From assembly GCF_009914755.1 (NCBI RefSeq), contig NC_060932.1: a stretch of 64,000 nt of DNA, one strand, 5' to 3'. Below, piece after piece: positions 24,554-38,783 of the stretch. This DNA comes from the human T2T-CHM13v2.0 reference genome, Homo sapiens. Below the pieces are notes generated by a model. That model searched no databases. It saw only the letters and a list, made by a program, of their open reading frames with translations, and had not been told where the DNA came from. Each line of letters begins with the position of its first letter. The stretch's first letter is position 1. The position numbers were made by a program, and so were the translations under genes.

Positions 24554-25479
24554 GTGAGCTGGATCTTAAAGGGTAAGAAGAATCGCCCTTTCACAGCCAG
24601 AAAAGAACAGTGCTCCAGACAGAGGTCACTGCATTAGTGAAGGCATGGAGCTTTGGAAGGGCTTCTATTGGGAAGGGAGAGAATCCAAATGCCTAGGAAG
24701 GGCTAGGTATTACGTTGCTTGTCTGGTTACCAGCTAATTCCTTGGTTAGTTATTTAACAGCTCTCTGAGAGCACGTCTTCAAAAAAAAAAAGAGGTCAGG
24801 AGCCTGGGAATTGGAAGGCTGCGGGGAGATGGGTTGGATAGAGAAGTCAAGACAAACTTCAGTTACTTCACAGCTTTGCATAGGATGGTGTGGTAGAAAA
24901 AACTACTGACCACCAAAGATTCATGCTCCCCCAACACCATGTTGAGTTGCTTCTGGGGAGCAGATGCCCAGTCTACAATTTTCACCACCCACACCCACAA
25001 CCCAGCCCATGCAGCTAGTGCGATCCACACGACTGGGTCTCACCAATGGAACATGGGCGTAAGGGTCATGCATCATGTCCAGGCCAACATGGTGTTAGTC
25101 TCCAGTGTGCTGTCTCCCCGTCCACAGAGACCGCGAAAGTATCCAATGTACTCCCTGGATAGAGACCTCTCCATGAGACTTCAGAAGCCAGGTGTTAAAG
25201 ATGGTGTCATCACAAAATGGCAGCAAGGAGCTGTTCAGGGAGCCACCTTGTGATCCCTGAGGTAGGAGTATAACCTCATGGTGAGGCAGCACCTTCAGCA
25301 GAGGGCAAGTTCTGGAAAAGGAAACACAGCTATGAATCATCTACAGAGAATAAACCTGCAGCTGCAGGCAAAGGAGTTTATGGAAGGAGCTGAAGGGAGC
25401 TGCATGGAAGATAGACCACAGCAGCCACCGCAGTCCACAGTCCACAGTCCACAGTGCTGCTGGGATTCATTCACTTAGT

Positions 25480-26100
25480 CTAAGTCACGCCACCTGGGAA
25501 CAGTTCCTGCAGGATTTCATTGGATCTCCTTTCCTAGAGAAATCAAACTCCAGTCCCAACTGTTACAACCAATACTCACCATCCCCCTCCTCTACTACCT
25601 ATTCTAAATGCCCCTCAGCCCCCGCTACTGATCTAGTGGCTTACTTGGTGGGGTGACCCAAACCCACATCTTTGAGGGGACTGAGCCCAGGGTCACCGCG
25701 CCCTTCTCAGGATATGGCTGCTGTACTTGTCCATTTCCTATCAAAATTGGACGGGGGAATGCCATGAGACATCCCGGGGACAATCATATTCTTCCCTGGC
25801 CCCTGTCATGTGTCAGCAGCCCTAGTCGCCTGATCATTGGGGCCAATTGCACCTGACAGATTGGTGACATCTGTCCCAGCTTTCTCATCTCTTGGCATAA
25901 GGAGCCTGAAGTGGCCAGGCATTGGTCATAGCTAGAGCTGACTGGGATTCTTGAGTTACTCCCCATCTAGGAAGCAATACCTTTAGCCCCACATGACATT
26001 GAGAAGAAGAAATTCCTCACATGTGTCCAAGGGGATGGTGGTAAGCAGGGTCACTTTTACTTTCAGCTTTTAGCTTTTGGTCCAATATATCCTACCTGTT
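25480..26100 (-). mobile_element. ERVL-class internal fragment (HERV16/ERV3-16-like)
   Basis: GGCTTACTTGGTGGGGTGACCCAAACC...CTTGTCCATTT resembles ERVL-family internal sequence as recalled; not aligned. Confidence 0.45.
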
Positions 26101-26101
26101 A

Positions 26102-26535
<434 letters not shown>

Positions 26536-26884
26536 AACAGCTTTTTCTTCAAGTTTCCTACAACTTCCACACATACTTCTCTACATTTTTAAATAGAGGT
26601 GAAAAATTATGGAGCATTAATTAATGTTTGCTTTACAATCATGACTCCCAAGATTACTGAGCTAAATGTTTCCAGAGTTCCTGTGTCAGCTTTTTATAGT
26701 TTCTCTGTCTCCATGCTTAAGGTTGGTCACCTCTGATTGTGTCAGTGTGATCTGCTTAGATCAGCCTTTAATTTGTTGTTTCTAAATGCAGTGGGCTTGG
26801 AAACTAAATAGCCAACCATGCTGGGATTGTGTGTTAAATAATCTTAACTAGATTCAAGCAAGGGTCCCCACCTTGAGAGATCTA

Positions 26885-27040
26885 TGAACCTTTAGTGCAT
26901 GTATTCATTCCACAGTAATTTATCAAGTATGCAGTATGTGCTACTAGGTGCTGGGGATATAGCAGGAAACAAAATAAACATAAAATCCCTTCCTTCATTG
27001 GGTTTACATTCTGCTGGGACCAAGGAAAATCGGAGGCATT
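26885..27040 (-). mobile_element. L2 fragment
   Basis: ATTCATTCCACAGTAATTTATCAAG...CTAGGTGCTGGGGATATAGCAG...AAAATCCCTTCCTTCAT. Confidence 0.65.
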
Positions 27041-27153
27041 TATTTTACATACGCAAATGCTGATTTTGGTCACTTACTTGTTCCCTACTGTGTTCCACAG
27101 GGGTGGGATTGGTAGATAGTTGAGTGCCCCACGGGTGATATGTTACTGCTCTA

Positions 27154-27558
<405 letters not shown>

Positions 27559-27617
27559 TCAAATAGGCATTACTGGGCTGGGCTGGGAACTTCACTACCA
27601 TCTATACCCCGATTTCC

Positions 27618-27705
27618 ACAGGCAAATGTATTCCAAGTTCCAGGCAACTGACTTTCAAATGAACTTTTGGAACAGAACTCATTTGTAAGTTCCAGACTGC
27701 CTGTA
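27618..27705. mobile_element. TcMar-Tigger-like DNA transposon fragment
   Basis: Ends TTTGTAAGTTCCAGACTGCCTGTA, resembling a Tigger terminal inverted repeat plus TA target. Confidence 0.45.
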
Positions 27706-28189
27706 CTTCGCTATAAATGCACCGAACAGCCGGAGCATATTCGACCTAAGGGTTAGAAATGCGAATGTTGGGATAGGAGTTATTTCCCCATTCACTAACG
27801 TGGATGCCTCAGGTGACCCACCGACTCCCTCTGAATTTCAGTTCAGACCCTCATCTACTGGGTTTCACTAAGATTTTATTAAATAGACAGGAGTTCTGGT
27901 ATTTTAAAAGTTCGAAGAACATTATTTAAAAGAATCACTAAGTATTTCTCAAAGCCATGAATAAATAAGGGAATGAAATGAATGAATGGGGAAACTTTCC
28001 TGACATTCCCAACACACCTCAAGTGATGTCCCGAAATGAAGAACATTTCCTGGAGGATTGCTTTCTCTTTTTCACTGTGGCTTCTGATCCAAACATTTGT
28101 GACAGAAATAGAATGAGTGCCATCACTTCTGGCGATCCCAATGGAGAATCTGGGCTTTGGCAAGACCCAAAAGAAAGAGGCATTTTAGG

Positions 28190-28488
<299 letters not shown>

Positions 28489-29229
28489 TTACAGGAGCCA
28501 GTCTGACAGATTATCAAGGCTGGGAATGGACGGAAATGGCTGAGCAGCATGCACTTGTTTGGTTTTTTAAAAAGGAAGCAAACGTGATGCTCAAGAAGAA
28601 AATCAAACCAAGAAACAAGCTTCACAAATAATCACTCACCTCCTCCCCAGGGCCAGAACAAGTTTCACTCATAGCTGTAGAAAAGACTCCCTTCTCCTGA
28701 CTTCCAGGGGGTGGTGCAGGTGTGCAGCCAGCCCTGCTGGGAAGCAGTGCTAGTGCCTCCCAGCTTCTATGACAGGCAGCTGCCAAAGACCCCAGCCCCG
28801 AATCTCAAAGTCACATTGTGCTAGGGATGGCCTTTCTCCCACTGCCCTCTCTTCTTCAGCCCCACCCCTGTCCCTCACCCCTGCCTGCCTTTCTGGGAAG
28901 GAGGATGGTTTCAGGGAAATGCAGGCACCCCAAGGCCTTTCTTTGTGTAGGCTACATTAATGAGAAACTCAGAGAAGAAACTCTAGGAGACCTACGGAGC
29001 TGTCACCAAGTGCATGGGGAGGGAAGATTTATGTTGAGGACCAGGATGTGAACATACCCATGAATTATCCTTCGTGCCAAGGTAAATTGGATGGAGAAAA
29101 ATATGTGTCAAGGAGGCAGAGACTGGGCTTGCCCGCAATCCTCATAGCACCTGGAGAAAGAGGGTCTCACTTAAATTCACGTAACTACAAAACTATCTGA
29201 AGCCAATGACTCTTCCAGGCTTTCTTGAA

Positions 29230-29400
29230 TAAGAATAACTAGCATGGGTTGAGTACTTCTTGTGCTAAGTATCTTACTTGCATTAACCTTCCAAAACTCT
29301 ATAAAGGTCAGTATTATAACTCTCCCCAAGTCAGAGATGAGTAAACTGAGGCACAAAGAGGTTAAGTAACTTGTCCAAGGTCACACAGCCAGGAGTGTGT
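29230..29400 (-). mobile_element. MIR SINE
   Basis: AGATGAGTAAACTGAGGCACAAAGAGGTTAAGTAACTTGTCCAAGGTCACACAGC. Confidence 0.85.
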
Positions 29401-30293
29401 GACCTGGCTCTGGTCTAAAGTGAGTATTTAACATAGAGGCACTCATTTCATCTCAATTACAACACAATAAATCATCTACCATTATTACATTTTACAGATG
29501 TTAATAGCTAACACTTTTGCACTAACTATGAGCCAGGTATTGTTCTAAGGACTAAGCAAAAATGTGCACACACTCTTTCCCACCATACTACATCATATTG
29601 TACCCATGGGAAGTACATAGAAAACTTTGAAGTAAGGAGGAGGGGGCCGATGCGTCCCCTCTCCCCTTAGAGAAGGACACATCCCTTCTCCCCCAGTGGC
29701 AGTTACCAGCATTCAAGAGCAAGACTACGGCGACCTTTAGAAACAAGAAACTTGCTCTTCATGATCATGCAAAAAAGACTCAATACTTTCTGTGGAGTCT
29801 CAGCAGCCTCTAAGAGGAACAGAAACCGGTGAACGCAAGTGCTGTGGCTACTTTTTGTTTTTAAACTTTTCAGGGGTAACCACTGTGAAACTTGGAGTGT
29901 ATTTCCTTCCGTCTTTTTCTATGCATCTATAAATAGACCATAGATTTGTAGAGATACATTTTTATATTCTATCTTATTCACTTAGCATTATCTCACAACC
30001 ATTTTCCTCTTTCTGGGAGGGAATGGGATGTAGTGGTTAAGACCACAGGCTAAACCATCAGAAAGCTTAGGTTCAAATCTTGGCTCTGACACTCTGTGAC
30101 CTATCAATTCACTGGGACTTAGCGATTTTTTTTTCTACTTTTTTCAGTCTTATTAAGGTATGATTGACAAATTTGATTGGCATAACAGCATAAAATTGTT
30201 GAAAAATGATAAATAAAAAGAACCAAACATACTGCCTTTCCTACATGAGCTATATATCAAGCTAACCAAAGAGTTGGTGAGGAAAGCACTTCT

Positions 30294-30438
30294 TTTTTTT
30301 TGTAAACTTTTAAGTCCAGAGATACATGCACAGGTTTGTTATATAGGTAAACTGAACGTCACGAGGGTTTCATGTAAGATTATTTTGTCCCACTGGTAAT
30401 AAGCATAGCATACGATAGGTAGTTTTTTCTGACCCTCT
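30294..30438 (-). mobile_element. L1 3' terminus (L1PA13-17-like), split by the LTR and continuing at about 31064-31084
   Basis: Poly(T) followed by ATACATGCACAGGTTTGTTATATAGGTAAAC...ATAGGTAGTTTTTTCTGACCCTCT. Confidence 0.8.
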
Positions 30439-31063
30439 TGTCAGAGGCTTCTGAACCAGAGCACCTCCATCTTGAATAGATGCTGGGTAAAATGAGGCTG
30501 AGACCTACTGGGCTGCATTCCCAGGAGGCTAAGGCATTCCAAGTCACAGAATTAGATAGGCGGTCAGCACAAGATACAGGTCATAAAGACCCTGCTGATA
30601 AAAACAGGTTGCAGTAAAGAAGCCGGGCAAAACCCACCAAAAGCAAGATGGCGACAAGAGTGTGGTCAGCCTCACTGCTCATTATGTGTTAATCATAATG
30701 CATTTGCATGCTAAGAGACACTCCCACCAGGGTCATAGCAATGTACAGATGCCATGGCAACATCAGAGAGTTACCCTATGTGGTCTAAAAAGGGAAGGAA
30801 CCCTCAGTTCTGGGAATTGCCCACCCCTTTCCCAGAAAACTCATGAATAATCCACCCCTCGTTTAGCATATAATCAAGAAACAACTATAAAACTGGGCAA
30901 CCAGCAGCCCTCGGGGCTGCTCTGCCTACAGAGTAGCCATTCTTTTCCTTTCTTTTCTTCCTTAATAAACTTGCTTTCACTTTATGGATTCACCTCAAAT
31001 TCTTTCTTGTGCGAGATCCAAGAACCCTCTTGGGGTCTGGATTGAAACCTCTTTCCAGTAACA
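30439..31063 (+). mobile_element. MER41B-like solo LTR (ERV1), full length
   Basis: TG...CA termini; starts TGTCAGAGGC.T.TGAACCAGAGCA.CTCCATCTTGAATAG; internal TATA-like element and AATAAA; 625 bp. Confidence 0.88.
30808..30837. promoter_or_regulatory. Tandem GAS (STAT1) motifs inside the MER41B-like LTR
   Basis: TTCTGGGAA 30808-30816 and TTCCCAGAA 30829-30837 both fit TTCNNNGAA. Confidence 0.7.
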
Positions 31064-31090
31064 TCTTTCGCCCTCCTCTCACCCCACTTC

Positions 31091-31642
31091 TTTTTTTATT
31101 TATTTTTAAAGATTTAGGGGTACAAGTGCAGATTTCTTACATGCATATATTGCATAGTGATGGTGCCTGGGCTTGCAGTGTACTCATCACCCAAACAGGG
31201 AACATCATACCCAATAGGTAATTTTCAACCCTCACCCACCTCTCACCTTTTGGAGTTTCCAGTTTCTATTATTATTCTCTATATGTTCATGTATACACAT
31301 TGTTCAGCTCCCACTTATAAGTGAGAATAGGTAGTATTTGACTTTCTGTTTCTGAGTTATTTCACTGAGGATAATGGCCTCCACTTCTGTCCATGTTGCT
31401 GCAAAAGACATGATTTCATGCTTTTTCATGGCTGAGTAGTATTCCATTTTATATATACCACATTATGTGATCCAATCATCCACTGATGGACATATAAGTG
31501 GATTCCATGACTTTGCTATTGTGAATAGTGCTGCAACAGACATACAAGTGCAGGTATCTTTATGATATAATAATTGCTTTCCCTTTGGGTAGATACCCAG
31601 TAGTGGGATTACTGGATCAAATGGTAGTTCTATTTTTAGTTT
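31091..31642 (-). mobile_element. L1 3' fragment (L1PB/L1MA-like)
   Basis: GGGGTACAAGTGCAGATTTCTTACATGCATATATTGCATAGTG...GATACCCAGTAGTGGGATT; the minus-strand ORF 31463-31861 contains an L1 ORF2 C-terminal-like segment (LKIELPFDPVIPLLGIYPK). Confidence 0.9.
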
Positions 31643-31719
31643 GGAAAGCACTTCTGTATAGAATTCCAACTCTAAGTGCAGAAGAAATGATAAAATTAGA
31701 AAATCACCATTTGGCAACC

Positions 31720-32560
31720 TCTGTTCCAATACTTTTAATAACATCTTCCTCGTCACCAGATTTTGGCTAACAGTCTGTTCCCAGTGATTTAGGCTTTTTC
31801 CAAGGTGACTTAGGATTTCTCTCAAATGCTCCTCACTTCCTTCTGAGCCAATGAACGTCATGTTTCTAACAGCCTAGCCAAAGTAATGTATGCTTTTTCT
31901 ATCATCTTCTCAAAATTCTTTCACTGCCCAATTCCAAAGCTGCACCCACATTTTGGGGTTTGTTGTAGCAGCACCCCCCACTTCCAGGTAACAAAATCTG
32001 CATTGGTTTTCTATGCAGAGCAAATCACTATGCACTTAGCAACTTAAAACAGTACCCATTTATTATCTCAAAGTTCTGTAGGTCAGAAGTCTAGAATGGT
32101 GTAGCTGGGTTCCCTGCTCTGGGCTTTCCAAGCCTGAAACCAAGGTATCAACTGGCTGCATTCTCACTGGAGCTTGAGATCCTCTTCCAAGCTCAGTCCC
32201 ATTATTGGCAGAATTTTGTTCCTTGTAGGACTGAAGTCCCTGTTTCCTTCCTGGCTGTTGGGCAGGGACTGCTCTCCGCTCTTAAAAGCCTTGAGCTTTC
32301 AGGTCCTGGCCCCATGGCTCCCTCCACCTCAGCAACAGAGAACCCCACCTCACACGAAACCCTTCTCGAACTTCAGACATCTCTGATGTCCTTTTTTGGC
32401 ACCATCTGGAGAAAGCATTCTGCTTTGCAGGGGCTGACAAGTTTCGGTGGGGCCCACCAAGATAATCTCCCAGTTTTAAGGTAATCTTAAGGGTAACCCT
32501 AATTACTTCTGCAAACTCTCTTGCCGTGCACCAAAGCATGATCACAAGAGTAATGCCAGG
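31720..32560 (-). mobile_element. MaLR MLT1 internal fragment plus LTR (MLT1D/E-like)
   Basis: AGCAGCACCCCCCACTTCCAGGTAACAAAATCTG internal/LTR junction, then ACTTAAAACA...ATTTATTATCTC...GTTCTGTAGGTCAGAAGTC. Confidence 0.75.
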
Positions 32561-32909
32561 AGATGAATGTCACTGGGGCTGCTTAAGACCTCTGCCAACC
32601 ATGCTTTCCCACCAGAAGTGCAACCTGCTTTTCATAGCCCACCTGCCACCCATGCCCCGACTCCCATCCTGGGACTGCATGTTGTTCTAGCTTCTTGCCC
32701 ATTGCCTTTTACCCTCTATTCTGGACAAGGAGGTTACAACCTTGGGTTTGGGAGGGCTGTTTGCTTCTTTGTTTTGAAGAAAGAAAGAAACTTAACAGTA
32801 AGGGAGAATTATTTCATTTTCCTCTAAATTTTGCATTTTTCTTTTGGCTCCCTTCTTTAATGGGGCTGAGAGAGATGGAAGCAGGTGGCCCCTGTGACAG
32901 GCAGCATTG

Positions 32910-33300
32910 TAGCCCCAGCCATTGGTGCAGGGGTTTGGAGTGGCTCTGGAGTCAAATCTGCTGGGTGTGAATCCCAGCTCTGCGAATGGCCAGTGTGACT
33001 TTGGGTGAGCTTTTTATCTTCCTTGTGCCTCAGTCTCCTAGTTTATAACAGGAAGATAATAATAGTGCCTGCTCTACAGGGTTTTTATGAGGCATAAGTT
33101 AGTTGATATCCGTAAAGTCCTTAACACAATACCTGGCACATAGTTAGTGAAAAACTGTTAGCTATTAACATCTGTAAAATGTGAGTAATAATGGTAGATG
33201 CTTTATAGGGTTGTAATGGAGATTAAATGAGCTCCTCTATGTTAAATACTCACTTTAGACCAGAGCCAGACACTCAGTAAATGCTCAATAAAAACAGCTG
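32910..33300 (+). mobile_element. MIR fragments (two adjacent)
   Basis: GGCTCTGGAGTCAAATCTGCTGGGTGTGAATCCCAGCTC...; CATCTGTAAAATGTGAGTAATAAT...CAGTAAATGCTCAATAAA. Confidence 0.75.
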
Positions 33301-34399
33301 TTACAAAGCTGACCCAAGGGCTTCCTGGCCAGTGGACCAGAGGAGAGTTCCCTTAGCATCTAGATGTTAGAAAAACATGCAGAAAACCCATCAAAGTCTC
33401 TCCATTAAGTTCAAGATCAAGTCCAAACACCTTACAGAGGTGTAGAAGGTCATGCAGTATCTAAAACAGACCTCTTCCCTTTCAGTGCTCCACATTTTCT
33501 GCTCATTCCCCAAATGGAGTCTTCCTCAGCCAAGCAAAACATCTTCTGAGTGCTGCGAATCTCCCAACTTACCCCTCCCCTGGACCCTCTGCCAAGGAGG
33601 GGCACTCTCTCCCTGCCACCCCTGGCCTCAAGCTTTTTACCTGATTTGGTAGTCCACAGTCAGATCACAGATGAAAAGTCCTTTCCTCTGGGGAGCCTTC
33701 CTTGCCCCCCCACCCCCAAAAACCACACACACACAACCAACCTCCCTGGCATGCTGTGCACCCCCACCCCAACCCCAAGGTCTGCCCAAGGTCTGTCTAC
33801 CCCCTCTCCACTCTCCCTTTCAAAACTCCTCAAACTGTGATGTGATGACCAGCCACCCCTCATTGGCCCCCACCATGTTGCACACTCCATAAGGACTGGC
33901 TATTAACTTATAAGTCCCCAGCACGTATCTTAGTCCTCCTTGTAGAAGGAAAGGAAGGACATGAGCATCAGAAGATGGGTTTCTGGACCCAGATGTGACT
34001 CCAACTAGCTGTGACTGTGGACCAGTCATTCCCCTTTCTGGGCCTCAGTTTGCATCTGAGAAATGAGGGTTTGGACCTTGCAATTGCTAATATACCTCTC
34101 AGCAGCAACGTCCCACAGACATCTCAGCACAGAGCCAACTTAACTTTAGGCCCCTCCACTTGTTAGGTGCTGGGTTTGGTTCAGAGATGGAGATCCTTTA
34201 CAAGCCTCTTTGGTGCCTTCTAGATTCTGTAGGCGACCCCATTCCAGGGACGGAGGCTGGTGGAGATTGAGCACTCACACCCTTCCAAGTTCAAGTCCAA
34301 GGCCAGGCCCTGGTGCAGATGTATCCTTTTTTCTTTGCCAGCTTTATTGAGATATAAGTCATATACCACACCAATTCACCCATTTAAAGTATATATTTA

Positions 34400-35119
<720 letters not shown>

Positions 35120-35956
35120 TCATGCTTTAGCTATTACCCCAATGAGTATTCCTGCAAATCTCTCTCTCTCACCCCTTTCTCCCTTCCTACCCTTTTCTCT
35201 CTCTCTCCATCCATCCCTCTCTCCATGATTTATTTTGACCTGCGTGTGGCAGGTGGAGGAGAATAATGATCAGGAAAAAATATATATAACTGTTCTTGTA
35301 AATCTCACCCATCTTTTTCCACCCAAAGAGAGAAAGTGGTTGAAAAGCTGTCCTTTATAATAGATCAGGAAGCTGCCAGAGGAGACAAAGCAGCAGTCGC
35401 CACATCACTGCTCAGACCTCCTCCAGCCAGCGAGACAGATCCCGCACCCAGAGATGGGACAGGGAGAAGCTGGGGGCTGAGGACCACCTCCCCCAACACC
35501 TCCCTATTTACTTTCTCTTCAAAATTGCAAGTCTCTGCTCAAAGCAAGGGCATCCATAGTTCTTCCACACAACTCAGGCGAGATTTTTTTTCAGAAGCTA
35601 TTTCCTTTAACAATCTGCATTCCTTGCACATAACAAAATGTTTGGAAAGGGAAAAAGCTTGAATCATTAAAACAAGGTTCTAAACCAGTTTTAAGATGGG
35701 GCAGAGAGTGTCTGGCAGGAAGAAGACGTGGTCATCACACAGGAAGCCCTGGAAAAGTAATGCAGGGCAGATGGTAAGACGGAGACCAGCCTGGAAACAG
35801 AGATAAGAGGTTAGGTTCTGTGTCCCCAAGGGAGGCCCTTCCATGCCACTGCCCAGAAAACCCTCCATCCTCCATGTGCAAGGCCCAGGCACTACAGAGA
35901 TGAAGCAAGGCAGGAATCTCGCCTAACAAGAGTCTGAACCCCCTCCCACCTCTGTG

Positions 35957-36320
35957 TGATATGGTTTGGCTATGTCCCCACCCAAATCTCATTTTGAGTT
36001 GTAGCTCACATAATTCCCATGTGTCGTGGGAGGGACCCGGTGCAAGGTAATTGAATCATGGGGTCACGTCTTTCCGGTGCTGTTCTCGTGATAGTGAACA
36101 AGTCGCACGAGATCTGATGGTTTTATAAAGAGGAGCTCATTTGCACACGCTCTCTTGCCTGCTGCCATGTAAGACCTCCCTTTGCTCCTAATTCACCTTC
36201 TGCCATGATTGTGAGGCCTCCCAGCCATGTGGAGCTGTGAGTCCATTAAACTTCTTTCCATTTATAAGTTAATCAGTCTCAGGTATGTCTTAATTAGCAG
36301 CATGAGAACAGACTAATACA
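35957..36320 (+). mobile_element. THE1 (MaLR) solo LTR, THE1B-like, with 5-bp TSD
   Basis: TGATATGGTTTGGCTATGTCCCCACCCAAATCTC...GACTAATACA, 364 bp; CTGTG at 35952-35956 and 36321-36325. Confidence 0.93.
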
Positions 36321-37214
36321 CTGTGGGACCTTGGCAGTTTGCAAAGTATTCAGATTTCTGTCTCCATTTGCTCAAATGTGACTATAAGGACATGGCTCAC
36401 CTTGGATGGTTCTATCTCCATAAATGCTAACCCTGTGCCTAATTTTATAAGCATAATTTTATTCCATTGTGTGGAAAAAAAATTTTCTTTACATGAGAGA
36501 TCACCAACACAATCAGGACCCAGGGGCACCCAGGGGCTCCCAGGAATGCAACCAACATCCCGGGAGCCTCTGCTGTGTCTTGGCCACGATGTGACGTGTG
36601 TTCACATGTTGTCACGATTCCACGGTATAAGAAGCATGGGTACGACTGGGCCTTCCCGGGCTCACACTCTTTTCCATGTTGAACCCACAAGATGGGCAGC
36701 TCCTAGGAGCACCATGTTCCTTCTGTGCCCCCAGCACCCACACAGACCCCATGTGTCCTGTGCTCCCCTGGGTGAGGAGGACTCCACGGTGACTTCCTCC
36801 CAGAAGCCTGACTCCAGTGTCGACGTTTCATATGCAAAATACCAAAGGGTTCTCAGTAACAAATGCACTTCCTGCCAGGGCTCAGATCTGCCTTCTTTGA
36901 CAGACAGAGGGCTTTGAAACTCAAATGGGGCAAGGAAAGAGACAGAGAGTGGGTGTTTGTGAAAAGCCAGGTAAAGTTTACTTGTGGCGGGGATGGGGGA
37001 GGTGACAGGGCCACTGTCTCTGCGGGGATGCTGTGCCGTGACCAGCATCCCCACAGAGAAGGCTCCAGTCCTCTCACCCCCTCCCGCCTCCCCAGGAACC
37101 ACGGGCACACTGGCCCCACGCTGGCGGGATTGCTTCTACAGGATCTGCAAAAGGTTAGTCCCTAGTAGGGTGGGATCCCACCCCCCTTATTTTTCTTTTC
37201 CCACTCCTTTTCAG

Positions 37215-37430
37215 AAACAGCGCCTGTGCCTCCACGTCTCCGTTACACATATCGATTCTGACAGCTCAAATTAATATGTCAGATGCTGTGATCCTCGCTG
37301 GCGACAGGCCTTTTGACCCTATCAGTGCAATCTGCTTCCCTGATTGAAAATCTCTGCACCTCAAATTGATTCAGAGTTTTATAAACATCCTGCAGCCACA
37401 ATTCAAGGAAGCCATCAATGAAAAACTTAG
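37215..37430. promoter_or_regulatory. Candidate enhancer-like non-repeat block
   Basis: TGACAG 37259-37264, TGTCAG, AATTAAT and TGATTG/ATCAAT motifs; CpG retention. Confidence 0.3.
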
Positions 37431-37544
37431 GAGAGATTCATTTGCCTGCTTCTGCCCCCGGCCCCTCCAACCAGCAGGGCAACTAGCAAAGGGACAAAAG
37501 GAAGGCTGAGAGTTCCAGGGACCCCCAGCTGAGGTGCTCCCCCT

Positions 37545-37580
<36 letters not shown>
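37545..37580. repeat. (CA)n microsatellite
   Basis: Direct reading. Confidence 0.95.
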
Positions 37581-37583
<3 letters not shown>

Positions 37584-37621
37584 GCCTGCATCCAAAAATG
37601 CAGTTGAAATGAGCCAGTGAT

Positions 37622-38053
<432 letters not shown>

Positions 38054-38284
38054 CTACTCTGCTTGACCCACCAGTATTGCTGTAAGGATGGAGAGAGAGA
38101 GGCATTCTTAAAGCACTGATGAAACGCAGAGAATTGTGGCTGGTTGTTAGAATATACTGCGGAGACGGATGAAACAAAATCGGCAAAATGCTGATCACTG
38201 TAGACGCTGGGAGATGGGTACGGCACAAGGAGAGTCACTAAGCTCTTCCCTCTAGTTTTGTGTATGTTTAAAATTTTCCCAACT

Positions 38285-38695
38285 AATATTTTTCTTTTTT
38301 AAAAGTTTTATTTGTAATTGACAAATAATAATTTTACTGTATATATTTATGGGGTAGAGTGTGTTGTTTCAATACATGTATTCATTGTGGAATGATCAAA
38401 TTAGGGTACTTAGCATATCCATCACCTCAAATATTTATAATTTCTCTGTGGTTAGCACATGTAAAATTCTTTTAGCTATTTTGAAATGTACAATACATTA
38501 TTATTAGCTACAGTCACTTTACTCTGCAACAGATCACCAGGACATATTCTTCCTACGTCACTGAAACTCTGCCCCCATTTGCCAACATCCCCTTTCCCCA
38601 ACCATCTCTCCCCCCGACCCACACTCCCAGGCCTCTGGTAAACACCATTCTACTCCCAACTGTATGAGTTCAACTTTTTTAGATTCCATATATTA
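38285..38695 (-). mobile_element. L1MA-like 3' end
   Basis: TATATATTTATGGGGTA...AGCATATCCATCACCTCAAA...CCATTCTACTC...TTTTTAGATTCCATAT. Confidence 0.88.
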
Positions 38696-38747
38696 CTCAC
38701 TAATTTTTAAAAAGAGATATACGTCAAACCACAAAGTATGTGAGTTT

Positions 38748-38783
38748 TGTGTGTGTGTATGTGTGTGAGTGTGTGTGTATGTG
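38748..38783. repeat. Interrupted (TG)n microsatellite
   Basis: Direct reading. Confidence 0.9.

Noticed and set aside
31463-31861. ORF with an L1 ORF2-like C-terminal peptide
   Set aside because: Fossil fragment of a truncated L1 joined to unrelated repeat sequence; not a functional gene
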